From a virus, in IMG/VR virus record IMGVR_UViG_3300023174_000075, positions 32,001 through 96,000 of that record: 64,000 bases of DNA. One strand, given 5' to 3'. The notes below the pieces were generated by a model. It saw only the letters and a program-made list of their open reading frames with translations. It did not search any database and had not been told where the DNA came from. A program made the position numbers and the translations under genes. Within the stretch, counting starts at the first letter, position 1, and the number at the start of each line of letters is the position of its first letter. Of this stretch, positions 39,042 to 48,824 are shown piece after piece.

Positions 39042-40097
39042 TTATTCCATTGTATTTGAATCAGGTACAGGGCCTGTGAATAGTCCTTGATTATCTATTA
39101 CTAATTTTAATTGTTCTATTAGATCATTTGGATCTAAAGTAAATGATAATTCACTCTTTAATACATCCACATTATTAATATCAATTGCTACTGCATAGTG
39201 GCGTTTAAATCCATTAATAGATTTACCTCCAAAACTATTATCTTCGCGTATAGCAAATCTAAATCCTTTATATTTTTCATTTATAGTACCAAATCCATTG
39301 CCGTTATTTGTTAAATTACCATCATTAGCAGCTTCTAATTGTCCATTTATATCTAATAATTGTGATTTTAGATCTTTTAATATATCTATTGCTTTGTCTA
39401 ATATGGAGACTATTATTGGTAAAAAAGCACTTAATGTTAATAATATTCTATTTGCTTTATCTAGTATTTTAATTAATTTAATAATTAAATTTACTGGTAT
39501 ACCAATACCAGGAGGGACGGATGTGGGTAAAGGAATTGCTGATATTATACTAACAATAAGACTAAATATAGTTATATAAATTGAGATTCTATTAATATCA
39601 TCTTTAATTTTTCTTATTTTATCTTCATTACTTTGTATTATCTTAATAGCATTATCTCTAGCTAATTGAGCATTAGCTAATTTAGCTGGGTCTCCTGATT
39701 CATTTGCGTCTGTTATTATAGCATTAGTATCATCTACTAATTTTTGAATTTTGTCATTTTGAGATATAATATCTGCTATTTTATTAGATAAAAGAAGAAC
39801 CAAAACAGGAACTAAGCTTTTTGCTGCTCCTTTAGCACTAGCTAATATTGTTTTAGCTTTTGCTTTTCTTGCTTTTCTTTTTTCTTCTTTAGTTCTTTTT
39901 TGTCTTTGTGCTCTTTTATCTTTTCGTTTTTTCTTAGCGTCTTTTTGTTTTTTAAAAGGATCTTTTACAATAGCATCTATATCCTTTTGGTTCTTATCTT
40001 TTTTAGCTTGTAAAATAGCTTTAGTAGCTTCATAAGACACATTTTCAGCGTCTATCGCCATCTGCTTTTCTAATTCTATTTGTTCTTGATCAGCCAT
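39042..40097 (-). CDS. Coiled-coil protein with hydrophobic helices
   Basis: 351 aa; PLPTSVPPGIGIP hairpin. Confidence 0.75.
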   Translation of the reverse strand: MADQEQIELEKQMAIDAENVSYEATKAILQAKKDKNQKDIDAIVKDPFKKQKDAKKKRKDKRAQRQKRTKEEKRKARKAKAKTILASAKGAAKSLVPVLVLLLSNKIADIISQNDKIQKLVDDTNAIITDANESGDPAKLANAQLARDNAIKIIQSNEDKIRKIKDDINRISIYITIFSLIVSIISAIPLPTSVPPGIGIPVNLIIKLIKILDKANRILLTLSAFLPIIVSILDKAIDILKDLKSQLLDINGQLEAANDGNLTNNGNGFGTINEKYKGFRFAIREDNSFGGKSINGFKRHYAVAIDINNVDVLKSELSFTLDPNDLIEQLKLVIDNQGLFTGPVPDSNTME

Positions 40098-40125
40098 AAT
40101 GTTTTATCTGGTTTAAATTTTATTT

Positions 40126-40875
40126 CTATTGCGGGGTGATTAAAGCTGGTAGTTCTGGGGGTAATGTTTTAATTTTACCTTTGTTGCGTATCATTAGTAT
40201 AAACTTAACGAAATCAGAAAAACGACTCTCTGCCTCGTTATCCACAATTTGATCTTCTCCATCGAAGCGGGTGATAGCCTTAATACCTTTTTCAACTTTT
40301 TCCTTTCTTTTAGGAAATTTGTTATAGATTGACTCTATTGTCGGATATTCACTAATTTTGAATTTTTCGGTATTCCCCACATCTCCAATAACAGAAATTC
40401 TCCATTCACTAACTTGTATTGTAATTTTAGGTATTTTATCTTTTTTAGTGTAATAAAATTCATCAAATCCATCATCAACCCTACCAGTACTAGTTGTAAA
40501 GTTATTATAAAAATTTATATATTCTTTATCCCACTCTTTCAATATTTCCTCCGGTAAATCGGTTGTTGCAGTGTAATTTACTTTGTCCACAGTTACTATT
40601 TTAGGATATGGTAAATTATCTGTAGTTAAAGATGAAGGGGTTATTTGTTGTAATTGAAGTAGTTTTTGTTGATGTTTAAGATCTAAATCAATTTCTTCTT
40701 GAATTAAAGATTTTTTGGTTTGTAATAAATTTGTTAAAGTAGGGGTATTACCTGAAATTTGAGTTTGTTGATTAGTGTTTGTTTGTTGATCTCCAAAAGT
40801 ACGTATACCTTGAGAATTTTTAATATTATTTAAAATATTAGGATTTAGTAAAGATGCTACGTTTGTGTTTGCCAT
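40126..40875 (-). CDS. Hypothetical protein
   Basis: 249-aa ORF. Confidence 0.65.
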   Translation of the reverse strand: MANTNVASLLNPNILNNIKNSQGIRTFGDQQTNTNQQTQISGNTPTLTNLLQTKKSLIQEEIDLDLKHQQKLLQLQQITPSSLTTDNLPYPKIVTVDKVNYTATTDLPEEILKEWDKEYINFYNNFTTSTGRVDDGFDEFYYTKKDKIPKITIQVSEWRISVIGDVGNTEKFKISEYPTIESIYNKFPKRKEKVEKGIKAITRFDGEDQIVDNEAESRFSDFVKFILMIRNKGKIKTLPPELPALITPQ

Positions 40876-40877
40876 AA

Positions 40878-42074
40878 TTATACTGTATATACTTTATCTG
40901 ATGTAATTGTTTCTAGTCTACCTATAAGAGTAGAAACATCGTTAAATAATTGTTCACCAGCCATGTTACAATCAACTACAGCTATAGCTCCTTCTGTTGT
41001 TGAAACAGTTGCTGATGATAAGAATCCAGCTAATGTAGTTAATGCATTTAACATTTCTAATAATAAATCATGTGTTTTACCACCTAATAATACAGGTTCG
41101 GTTGGTATTGTTCCATTTTTATTTGTACCTAATAATATTTGAGAATTAGGATTTTTTTGATCTATATGTAAGTGAATATATCTTCCTGCATTTATATTAA
41201 TTATATTATCACTACTTAAACTAATATTAGTTGCTCCATATATTAATACTTCATCCTTTTTAGCATTAAGAGTAATCCTATCACTATTCATTATCAATTG
41301 AGGATAATTATAATGATTTGGTTGAATTGGGTTACTAATTGGATTAGTAATAGTAGCAGCCGGATTCAGAGGGAGTTTTTGGGATGTTGTTAGATAAATT
41401 GAAGATTTTTCTTTATTAATTTCTTCAATATTAGGAGCATTACTACCAGTATCTGTAGTTACATATCCATTAACTAATATTGTAATTGGATCTCCATCAT
41501 TACCAACATTACTCCATTCATTTAAATTAGAATTTAATTTAACTGTACTACCAAATCTTAATCCATTCCCTTTTCTACCTTGTATTATAAAATCTCCTTC
41601 AAATGGTTCTAAGGGTCTTATATCTGCTGTCTCAACAAATGTTTTACCTTCTCCTATTGATACGGGAGCATTTTGTTGAGGATTATTCCATAAATTGAAT
41701 GTTGAAGAGTAATATTTCCTTCCAGCTCCTGAATATAATTGGGAATTAGATGAAGGACCATCTACAATTAAAACAAGTTCACCAATTAAAGGATAATTTT
41801 TAATATTAGCATCAAGTGGAATTGCCATAGCACATTGTTTAAAATCAATTCCCTCCGCACTATAATTTTTTGATGTTTCATAATCTAAATAAAATATAGT
41901 ACCTATTCCACTATAACCACCAGCAAGTTCAAATGCTTTTTTATTAGGTGTATTTTCATTTAAAACAATACCAAATACTTTACCTATCTGAGAGGTGGCA
42001 ATAGAACTCCCCCCAGCAGTAAATGCTCGAGAAGTATCGGCTGAAAAGCTAGATAAACCTGTTCTAATTACCAT
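40878..42074 (-). CDS. Baseplate hub/spike protein (gp5/gpV-like)
   Basis: PLIGELVLI OB-fold motif; EGDFIIQGR.GN.LRFGS; NSDRITLNAK; EPVLLG. Confidence 0.75.
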   Translation of the reverse strand: MVIRTGLSSFSADTSRAFTAGGSSIATSQIGKVFGIVLNENTPNKKAFELAGGYSGIGTIFYLDYETSKNYSAEGIDFKQCAMAIPLDANIKNYPLIGELVLIVDGPSSNSQLYSGAGRKYYSSTFNLWNNPQQNAPVSIGEGKTFVETADIRPLEPFEGDFIIQGRKGNGLRFGSTVKLNSNLNEWSNVGNDGDPITILVNGYVTTDTGSNAPNIEEINKEKSSIYLTTSQKLPLNPAATITNPISNPIQPNHYNYPQLIMNSDRITLNAKKDEVLIYGATNISLSSDNIININAGRYIHLHIDQKNPNSQILLGTNKNGTIPTEPVLLGGKTHDLLLEMLNALTTLAGFLSSATVSTTEGAIAVVDCNMAGEQLFNDVSTLIGRLETITSDKVYTV

Positions 42075-42469
42075 TATTTATTTTCTATTTGATGTTGAAT
42101 AGTTTCTGTTTGATCTAATAATTTTTGTCCTTCAATCTGTACAGCACGTTGTTCCTCTAATAAGTGTTGTATTTCTGATGGGTCAAATAGTAAGTCTTGA
42201 TTATTATTTGAACTAGCTGTTGATGCTCGTTGTGCAATACCTGCCATTTTAATTAATTGTTCGTTATTTTTTACATTAACATCAATTAAATCTTTAACAG
42301 TAGGCATAAGCATTACTGCGGATCCAGCATTAGATGATGCGAGTGGTTTAAGAGCATCAATCAATTCATTAATTTGTTTGTCAGTATCCTTATTATTACG
42401 GTGTATTTGTTTGAATATATCGGATAGTGACGTGTTACCAAATAAGGTAACATCATCAAAGTTAGCCAT
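42074..42469 (-). CDS. Helical hypothetical late protein
   Basis: 131 aa; ATATTTAT upstream. Confidence 0.7.
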   Translation of the reverse strand: MANFDDVTLFGNTSLSDIFKQIHRNNKDTDKQINELIDALKPLASSNAGSAVMLMPTVKDLIDVNVKNNEQLIKMAGIAQRASTASSNNNQDLLFDPSEIQHLLEEQRAVQIEGQKLLDQTETIQHQIENK

Positions 42470-42499
42470 AGCTTGTATTTATCAATAAATATAATGTAC

Positions 42500-43282
42500 T
42501 TAGATCTTTATATACCCATGCTTATAATATTCATTATATAGTCTGGTACGTAATGTATCTAATTTTTTAGTTACTTTAGTAATGTGTGGAGTTGATGTAT
42601 CAGTGATTTCGCGAATATAGATGTATAATGCTTTCTTATTAAATATTTCTAGAGTTTCACGTTTACGAAATAATTCAAGAATAGCATCTGCTGTCTTAGC
42701 ATCCTGGGATTTGGGAAATAATTGATGAATGTATTTATCAATGTAACGTACATATTGATCAATAAATGTATTTGGATCTTCTTGATCCTCAGCTTCCTTA
42801 TTAGTTTCAGCCAAAAATCCTTTATCTTCATCTAATTCATCTATATCAGCACGCTCTTGTAGTTTCTTATAATTATTATTATTATAAACAATAAGATAGC
42901 GTTTAGCAATAGTACCAAAGTAACTAAATGCTTTACCTTTATCCTGATTATATAAGTGGAGTTTCTCGAGTAGAAATGTTACAACTTCATGTTTAAGTTC
43001 CTCAATTGTATCTGAATCGGTATAATAAAACTTAAATGTATGAATAATATTTTCAGCCAATTTATAAAAGGCATACTCAATACGATCTCTATAAATTTTA
43101 TCTCTAAAAGATTGATCATCAGAAGCTAAATAAGAAATAATTGCTTCCTCAGTATCAGTAGTAAAATATACGCGAGGTTCTTTAGGTTTGCGCTTACGAG
43201 GTTGTCCGCGTTTATTTAACGCAATTGTTTTTTCACTATCTAAAAATATATCTAGATCGTCGTTTTCGTAGTAAGTTGACAT
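42500..43282 (-). CDS. Phage sigma factor (T4 gp55-like late sigma)
   Basis: FYKLAENII..F..Y...ELKHE.V...KAFSYFGTIAKR, resembling sigma region 2 of gp55. Confidence 0.75.
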   Translation of the reverse strand: MSTYYENDDLDIFLDSEKTIALNKRGQPRKRKPKEPRVYFTTDTEEAIISYLASDDQSFRDKIYRDRIEYAFYKLAENIIHTFKFYYTDSDTIEELKHEVVTFLLEKLHLYNQDKGKAFSYFGTIAKRYLIVYNNNNYKKLQERADIDELDEDKGFLAETNKEAEDQEDPNTFIDQYVRYIDKYIHQLFPKSQDAKTADAILELFRKRETLEIFNKKALYIYIREITDTSTPHITKVTKKLDTLRTRLYNEYYKHGYIKI

Positions 43283-43302
43283 AATAATTCTTGTTTATAA
43301 CC

Positions 43303-43335
43303 TATAATGTATGAACAAAAAATATCGGAACCAAA
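43303..43335 (-). promoter_or_regulatory. Bacteroidota-type housekeeping promoter candidate upstream of the sigma gene
   Basis: Minus strand TTTGG-(~19 nt)-TACATTAT. Confidence 0.4.
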
Positions 43336-43614
43336 CTAGTTTTTACGATTAATGAATTGATTTAGAACGTTTTGTATTTCCTTTAAATTTCTAAAGAAAG
43401 TACCTACTTCATCATCTGCTTCAAATGCACCACGATTATCTAATTCTTGAATAGTATTAGCCGAATCCTCAATAATGATACTAATAGCATCAATATATTG
43501 TTGTTGTTCGACTAATGCTTTTTCAAGTTTATTATTTTTTCTAATTATTAGATAACCGGCAATACCGATTAATTCAATTACATGAACTAATATAACCCAT
43601 AAAACTGTTTGCAT
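43336..43614 (-). CDS. Membrane-anchored hypothetical protein
   Basis: N-terminal TM; FEADDEVGTFF. Confidence 0.75.
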   Translation of the reverse strand: MQTVLWVILVHVIELIGIAGYLIIRKNNKLEKALVEQQQYIDAISIIIEDSANTIQELDNRGAFEADDEVGTFFRNLKEIQNVLNQFINRKN

Positions 43615-43620
43615 AAATTA

Positions 43621-43821
43621 TTATTGTGGTCTAAATTGTTGATCAAAATCATCCGCTTCGATAGAAACCATAGATCTAGCGTTTTCAATTGCTTCCTTTA
43701 ACATTTCGATAGATTCAAGAACTTGATCTTGAGTTCCACCTCTATTAATTTGAACGTTAATACGGTTAGCGATAACGTCAATTTGTCCTAATTTCTCTAA
43801 TACATTGTTTTTGTATCTCAT
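43621..43821 (-). CDS. Hypothetical protein
   Basis: 66 aa; ATATTTAT upstream. Confidence 0.7.
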   Translation of the reverse strand: MRYKNNVLEKLGQIDVIANRINVQINRGGTQDQVLESIEMLKEAIENARSMVSIEADDFDQQFRPQ

Positions 43822-43953
43822 AATATATGTTTATATATAAATATACGTTTATTTCCGTTCCCTCATTTTTATTTTCTCAATTTCCCCTTTCCTTTCAAAC
43901 CATTCAATTCAATTGTATTTTGAAGTTACGTAAGAGAAATCTAGAAACCAAAG

Positions 43954-43982
43954 AAAAAAGGGCAACTCTTATAGAGTCACCC
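43954..43982 (-). terminator. Intrinsic terminator
   Basis: GGGTGACTCT-ATA-AGAGTTGCCC followed by TTTTTT. Confidence 0.7.
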
Positions 43983-44012
43983 AATTTTGTATTTTGATTG
44001 AAATGGAATTAA

Positions 44013-44513
44013 TTATTCACCACCAAATTGTTGCATTTTTTGAGCTAATGCTCTATTAACACCGGCTTTAATTTCTTTATCTGTCCAAGGTTTTCCTGTA
44101 TCTGGATTTGTTTTACCTTGTAATGCTTTTTTAGCAGCTGAGAATTGAGATTTCATTAAAGCAATAGCTGCTGCAATACCTGGTAAAGTAACACCTAATG
44201 CTGGGCCTATAATATCCCAATTAACTTCGTCTAATTTTTCTTTTGGTTGTTTCATTGATGTCAATTCTTCGCGAATAATTTCTGCTAGTTGACTTCTTGT
44301 TAATTTTGCCATTTCTTTAAGTTTGTTTATTTTTGGACTTTGTTTTAAAATTGTTTTTACTATACTATCAGTAACCGAATCACTAGTAGTGAATTCAAAA
44401 TATCCTTCAAGTTTATTATCTACTATTTCGTAGCTATCTACCCCTATACCTTGCTTATCCAAGCGATTTATAAAAGCAGCCTTATCTTCAAGTTTTATTT
44501 TGTAATCACTCAT
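44013..44513 (-). CDS. Hypothetical protein (internal leader-like segment MAKLTRSQLAEIIREEL)
   Basis: 166 aa; ATATTTAT upstream. Confidence 0.7.
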   Translation of the reverse strand: MSDYKIKLEDKAAFINRLDKQGIGVDSYEIVDNKLEGYFEFTTSDSVTDSIVKTILKQSPKINKLKEMAKLTRSQLAEIIREELTSMKQPKEKLDEVNWDIIGPALGVTLPGIAAAIALMKSQFSAAKKALQGKTNPDTGKPWTDKEIKAGVNRALAQKMQQFGGE

Positions 44514-44538
44514 GACTATCGATAAATATATATAAGAA

Positions 44539-44748
44539 TTAATTCCCGTTATTTTTAGTAGCTAATTCTTCAATTTTTTTATCAAAAGTAGCCTTAACTA
44601 GATCCATGTATAAATATTGAATAATAGTAAAAGAAATAATATTAATAGCATCTAATTTAGTCAAATAAATACAAATCAATTGAATTAAAGCAATTAAAAT
44701 TGATCCAGTAATAATTAACGTGTTTCGTGTTGTTTTTAAACTTTTCAT
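44539..44748 (-). CDS. Small membrane protein
   Basis: Two hydrophobic helices. Confidence 0.6.
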   Translation of the reverse strand: MKSLKTTRNTLIITGSILIALIQLICIYLTKLDAINIISFTIIQYLYMDLVKATFDKKIEELATKNNGN

Positions 44749-44849
44749 GATTTTCGGTTTTAAATGTTTATTTAATCATTTCTTACACCGTGAATATACG
44801 AGCAGGGTTTTGCCCTCCACATAAATAAATATGTGAGGGCTATTTATAA

Positions 44850-45329
44850 TTAATTGCCGCTGCCGCACCGCAACGCACTAGAATACTTATATCCCAATTC
44901 CTCAATCACATTTTGCGCAGTATGTGAATCAATGGCAAACATCTCACGACTAGTATTAACACGACAATAATGAAAATGTTGATGTACTTCTTCTTCAAGA
45001 AGATCCGAACGATAACACTTATACGAATATACGGGTATCCAAGGAGTAGCTACACCAGTAGCAGCGGAAATTTGTCGTGCGCGTTGATCAGGTGTATTAG
45101 TAGTCATACCAATCTTAACCATATTAGGTACACTTTTATTAACGAGCACGTACACGTACTCTAGGGGTCTAACAGCGCCTGAAGGGTCCAAAACAGCGCT
45201 GACTAAATAATGTACGCTATCCCATCCGTCTTCATCAGGTATGCGAGTAAACGCCTCTGCTTTTTGAAATTGTTTGTGTGACAATTTAATGTAATAATGT
45301 GATTCCTCTGGTGTAACGTATTTTAACAT
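44850..45329 (-). CDS. T5orf172-domain (GIY-YIG superfamily) protein
   Basis: YVYVLVN..VKIGMT...R..QIS.ATGV.TP...LEEEVH...REMF. Confidence 0.85.
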   Translation of the reverse strand: MLKYVTPEESHYYIKLSHKQFQKAEAFTRIPDEDGWDSVHYLVSAVLDPSGAVRPLEYVYVLVNKSVPNMVKIGMTTNTPDQRARQISAATGVATPWIPVYSYKCYRSDLLEEEVHQHFHYCRVNTSREMFAIDSHTAQNVIEELGYKYSSALRCGSGN

Positions 45330-45332
45330 AAC

Positions 45333-45512
45333 TTATTGTTTAGGGGATAATGAAGAAGATGGCTGGGTATTATGGCTAACTGTCTGTTGTTTAGCTACAG
45401 CAATATCCCACTCTTCCAGTGTCATACCATATTCACGCGCTTTTTCTTCGCGTAAACGCGTTGCGTATGCGTCGAATGCCTCTTTAGTTAGGAATAGGTC
45501 AATTGGTTTCAT
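45333..45512 (-). CDS. Hypothetical protein (59 aa, not in ORF track)
   Basis: MKPIDLFLTKEAFDAYATRLREEKAREYGMTLEEW... Confidence 0.6.
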   Translation of the reverse strand: MKPIDLFLTKEAFDAYATRLREEKAREYGMTLEEWDIAVAKQQTVSHNTQPSSSLSPKQ

Positions 45513-45681
45513 CTTTAAAATATTTTTTAATATATTGTTTATCGGATTGCATTTGCCACGCCCAATACATACACCTACGTATTAACGATTGTTTTTTAGG
45601 ATTACGGCGAATCATAATAATGTGATGTAAATTAGGGTGATCTTCTACTGGTTCAAAGTAATATTGTTTGTGTCGTTTCAT
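45499..45681 (-). CDS. Hypothetical protein
   Basis: 60-aa ORF. Confidence 0.55.
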   Translation of the reverse strand: MKRHKQYYFEPVEDHPNLHHIIMIRRNPKKQSLIRRCMYWAWQMQSDKQYIKKYFKDETN

Positions 45682-45973
45682 ATTATTTAGTTTTTATTTA
45701 TCATCCAAACTATTATTTCAATTACTATTGTTACTACTCCTAATCCAAATACTATAGCTATAAAATCAAAAAACTTACTTAGACCTTCTAAAGGATCTCC
45801 TTTCATGTCACTTGAATCGGAATATTGTCTTATTTTATGTAATGTATTTTTCATGTAATGAATATAGCGTATATACTTTGCCTATACAAAAAAGATCGTT
45901 TAAGAGGAGATTTTGGGATTTTGCAAAGTGGTCCAAAAGGGGTTATTTCGGAAATTGGAGTTGCGTTTTGGAG

Positions 45974-46453
45974 CTATTTACAATTCTTAATAAGTAACTT
46001 AACAAATTCTTCTAATGACATACTACTGTTATCTCTATATAACTGAAGTATTTTATTGTTAGATATTACTAATCCACTTTGAAGTGTATATCTTTTATGA
46101 TGTTGATTATCTTTAGTTCCTATCCATTCTAAATTATCTACTGTATTATTTAATTTATCTCCATCTTTATGGTTTACTTGAGGTAAGTTATCGGGATTAG
46201 AAATAAAAGCATTAGCTACTAGCCTATGAATTAAGAAATTTTTAAAATCGTTTTTATGATTAGATTTACTACCTAAAGCTACTAATTCATATCCACCTTT
46301 ATCTATTCTTGTTTTTAAAATAGTTTCGGGTATATCTCTTGGAATAGAATGGTTCTTTCCATACTTAATTTGTCTTGGTAGTGACTTTACTCTTCCTAAA
46401 TTACTAATTTGATAACCGGGGTAATTAATAATGTCTTTCCATATTTCTTGCAT
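45974..46453 (-). CDS. NUMOD4-HNH homing endonuclease
   Basis: EIWKDI..Y.GYQISNLGRVKS; IHRLVA..F...VNHKDGDKLNN...NLEW. Confidence 0.92.
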   Translation of the reverse strand: MQEIWKDIINYPGYQISNLGRVKSLPRQIKYGKNHSIPRDIPETILKTRIDKGGYELVALGSKSNHKNDFKNFLIHRLVANAFISNPDNLPQVNHKDGDKLNNTVDNLEWIGTKDNQHHKRYTLQSGLVISNNKILQLYRDNSSMSLEEFVKLLIKNCK

Positions 46454-46623
46454 AATAATGTGTTTAGATATAAATATATACTGTCGATGGTAAAAGATTG
46501 TATTTCCATTAAAAATATACCGGGCTTTTTTTGTGCCGATAATGGTCTGTCGATGGACCGCGGTTACTGTGGGAGCAGATCGCGATCGATCCGCGCACGA
46601 ACCGCTATCGCCCCGATATCATC

Positions 46624-46830
46624 CTAAAGAATCTGATCCTCCACATCCTCATACTCCATCTCATCACCCTCGAAATGAATGTACAGTTGATTAATCTCAT
46701 TACCTGTCAGCTGGTCTCCCAACAGGTCCAGCTCACCCACCAGTTGAACGTCCGCCTCACCATACTTGGTGATTTGAGCGTTGATTGTGGTTTGTAGTGC
46801 GATGAAGCGCTTTACGTTTATAGTTGTCAT
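46624..46830 (-). CDS. Hypothetical early protein
   Basis: 68-aa acidic ORF. Confidence 0.6.
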   Translation of the reverse strand: MTTINVKRFIALQTTINAQITKYGEADVQLVGELDLLGDQLTGNEINQLYIHFEGDEMEYEDVEDQIL

Positions 46831-46853
46831 GTTTATTTGGTTTAATGGTTTAA

Positions 46854-47108
46854 TTACTGATTATTATACCGTGCTAGGCATCTTGGACATCCAATCGTCT
46901 GTACATCCTCAATACGTGCCCAATTACTACTTAGAGCCGGTGTCCCACACAGGTTACCCTCACCGGACTTGTAGATGTGGGCTGTGTCTTCCCACACGTT
47001 ACCCTTATTACCGAATACACTGTGTCCAGGCTTTAGATCGGCTACTTTCACTCTGATTGTTACTACATCCGCTTGGCGGTTTAATTCATTGAATTGTTTT
47101 GTTAACAT
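46854..47108 (-). CDS. Hypothetical zinc-binding early protein
   Basis: H...LCG...CPRC; start downstream of the repeat promoter. Confidence 0.7.
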   Translation of the reverse strand: MLTKQFNELNRQADVVTIRVKVADLKPGHSVFGNKGNVWEDTAHIYKSGEGNLCGTPALSSNWARIEDVQTIGCPRCLARYNNQ

Positions 47109-47164
47109 ACGTTTATATTTTTGGTTAATGTGAAGATACGATTTGTGTTGTGTCATGCCCCGTT

Positions 47165-47428
47165 TTATTTATTGTATTGCTTCATTTGCTCTTCAGCGAA
47201 CGCATCAATTAATTCAGCGTCTTCTCTTATCTGATCCGATGCCCAATTTACTGTACATGTATCATGATTCGAACGGCTATAATCGATACAGTCGTAAGCA
47301 TCTTCCATGTCCGGTTTACTGAATGTAACGTACGATCCATCGTTATCATCACTTACTTGATAACCTAACGATTCAGCGTATTGGTAAACTGCTTTGTTAA
47401 TTGCGCTTTTAATTTCTTTCTTAGTCAT
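47165..47428 (-). CDS. Hypothetical early protein
   Basis: 87 aa with its own promoter element. Confidence 0.7.
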   Translation of the reverse strand: MTKKEIKSAINKAVYQYAESLGYQVSDDNDGSYVTFSKPDMEDAYDCIDYSRSNHDTCTVNWASDQIREDAELIDAFAEEQMKQYNK

Positions 47429-47651
47429 AATTTTAATTATTTGGTTAACGTGAAGATATAAATGGGGCTCTGCCGAGCCCCGTTTTGTTTAATCAATATG
47501 TTATTTTATGTTTTAGAAGTTCGAAGGTAATACTACATACCCGTTTTTAGTGCTAAATACATTTGTGTAGATCTTAAACTTCATTAATCTTAAATACTTC
47601 ATAATTATTGTTTTTATTTGGTTAACGTGAATATACGTGTTGTGTTTTACC

Positions 47652-47849
47652 TTACCCAATTATTTCAAACTGATCAACATCCCAGATCATTCCTAATGTA
47701 CGTCCATTATCCCATTTAACATTAATCACATCTGCCCCTACATTATAAACTGTACCTTCAGCTCCTGATTCTATTGGGTTGGCATCCTCAAACATCTCTA
47801 TCAGTTTTACTCGTTTGCCTATTAAGTCATAAATTGTTAAATCACTCAT
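47652..47849 (-). CDS. DUF4314-like SH3-fold protein
   Basis: GKRVKLIEM.ED..PIESG.EGTV...INVKWDNGRTLG. Confidence 0.75.
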   Translation of the reverse strand: MSDLTIYDLIGKRVKLIEMFEDANPIESGAEGTVYNVGADVINVKWDNGRTLGMIWDVDQFEIIG

Positions 47850-47950
47850 TTTAATTGTTTTGGTTAACATGAATATACGAAGTGGGTTGTGACGAGTAAT
47901 AAAAGAGCCCCTGAGGTAGAAACCACGGGGCGTTCATTAACCATTAAAAA

Positions 47951-48163
47951 TTAAAAGTATGACCGATTTGAAATATTATTGTGTTGATAAAAAGTTCCTT
48001 TAGTACCGTACCGGCTCCCAAACTTAACCTCCTGTACCCACGTCTGCTCATCTGGACGGTCCTCTGGATAGCTCGATTGGAAGGTGGGAGCGGGGATCAT
48101 CTCTCCTTTAGCCGGCTCACCGAATAATAATGTTATTAGAAATAATTTGATTTGATTTATCAT
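47951..48163 (-). CDS. Hypothetical early protein
   Basis: Start MINQIK after the terminator hairpin. Confidence 0.55.
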   Translation of the reverse strand: MINQIKLFLITLLFGEPAKGEMIPAPTFQSSYPEDRPDEQTWVQEVKFGSRYGTKGTFYQHNNISNRSYF

Positions 48164-48190
48164 AATAATAATTTTAATGAGTATAATGGT

Positions 48191-48233
48191 AAAAATAGGG
48201 CTCTGCTGGGAATAACCCTCTAACACAGAGCCC
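48191..48233 (-). terminator. Intrinsic terminator
   Basis: GGGCTCTG...CAGAGCCC followed by TATTTTT. Confidence 0.6.
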
Positions 48234-48247
48234 ACATAAAATAGACC

Positions 48248-48562
48248 TTATGCAGCTACGGCTGCGGCCTCGGGTTTAGTGCTGGTACCCTTTGGGCGAC
48301 CAACTTTAATTGCTACTCCTGCTGCTGCGCGTGCAGCCTGAGCGCTTAGACGAGCCTGACGCTTACTATCCGGATTAGCCGGTCTACCTCGTTCTACGGT
48401 TCCACCCGCTGCAATACGTGCATCGCGGGCAGCGAGTTTAGCTTGACGAGCTGATGTTCCCACTATTGGGCGTCCACGCTTACCTGCTGTTTTAACTGTT
48501 TCTACTGTTGTTGCTTTTGTCTCCTTTGTAGCTGGAGTAGCTTTAGCATTTGTTTTAGACAT
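48248..48562 (-). CDS. Ala/Lys-rich multi-AT-hook protein (HMGA/histone-like)
   Basis: KRGRP, ERGRP, KVGRPK. Confidence 0.8.
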   Translation of the reverse strand: MSKTNAKATPATKETKATTVETVKTAGKRGRPIVGTSARQAKLAARDARIAAGGTVERGRPANPDSKRQARLSAQAARAAAGVAIKVGRPKGTSTKPEAAAVAA

Positions 48563-48623
48563 AACCTTTGTTTTTTGTTTTAATTAATAATTGTATAACG
48601 TGAATGTAGTGAAAAAACTGTGC

Positions 48624-48779
48624 CTAAAACACGATGTAATTAATTGCTTCTTCTCCTATACCAACACCATCCTTAGTAATCTCATAATTCGGATCCATAC
48701 CTGAAACCATGATGTGGGCGATTAAATCACCTAATGTTGTAAACTCAGCACCGTAATAAGAACATTTTAAACTATACAT
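48624..48779 (-). CDS. Hypothetical early protein
   Basis: Start MYSLKC downstream of the promoter element. Confidence 0.65.
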   Translation of the reverse strand: MYSLKCSYYGAEFTTLGDLIAHIMVSGMDPNYEITKDGVGIGEEAINYIVF

Positions 48780-48824
48780 AATTTTATTTTTTTGGTTAAC
48801 GTGAATATACAACACAAACAGTGC

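Noticed and set aside
47485-47602. Gene behind the promoter element at 47627
   Set aside because: Only 9- and 23-codon ORFs are present; this is probably a decayed cassette and is not called.
47898-47931. GTTTCTACC resembling a purine riboswitch core
   Set aside because: It lies within a single GCCCC/GGGGC hairpin followed by a T-rich run; there is no three-way junction, so it is most likely a terminator.
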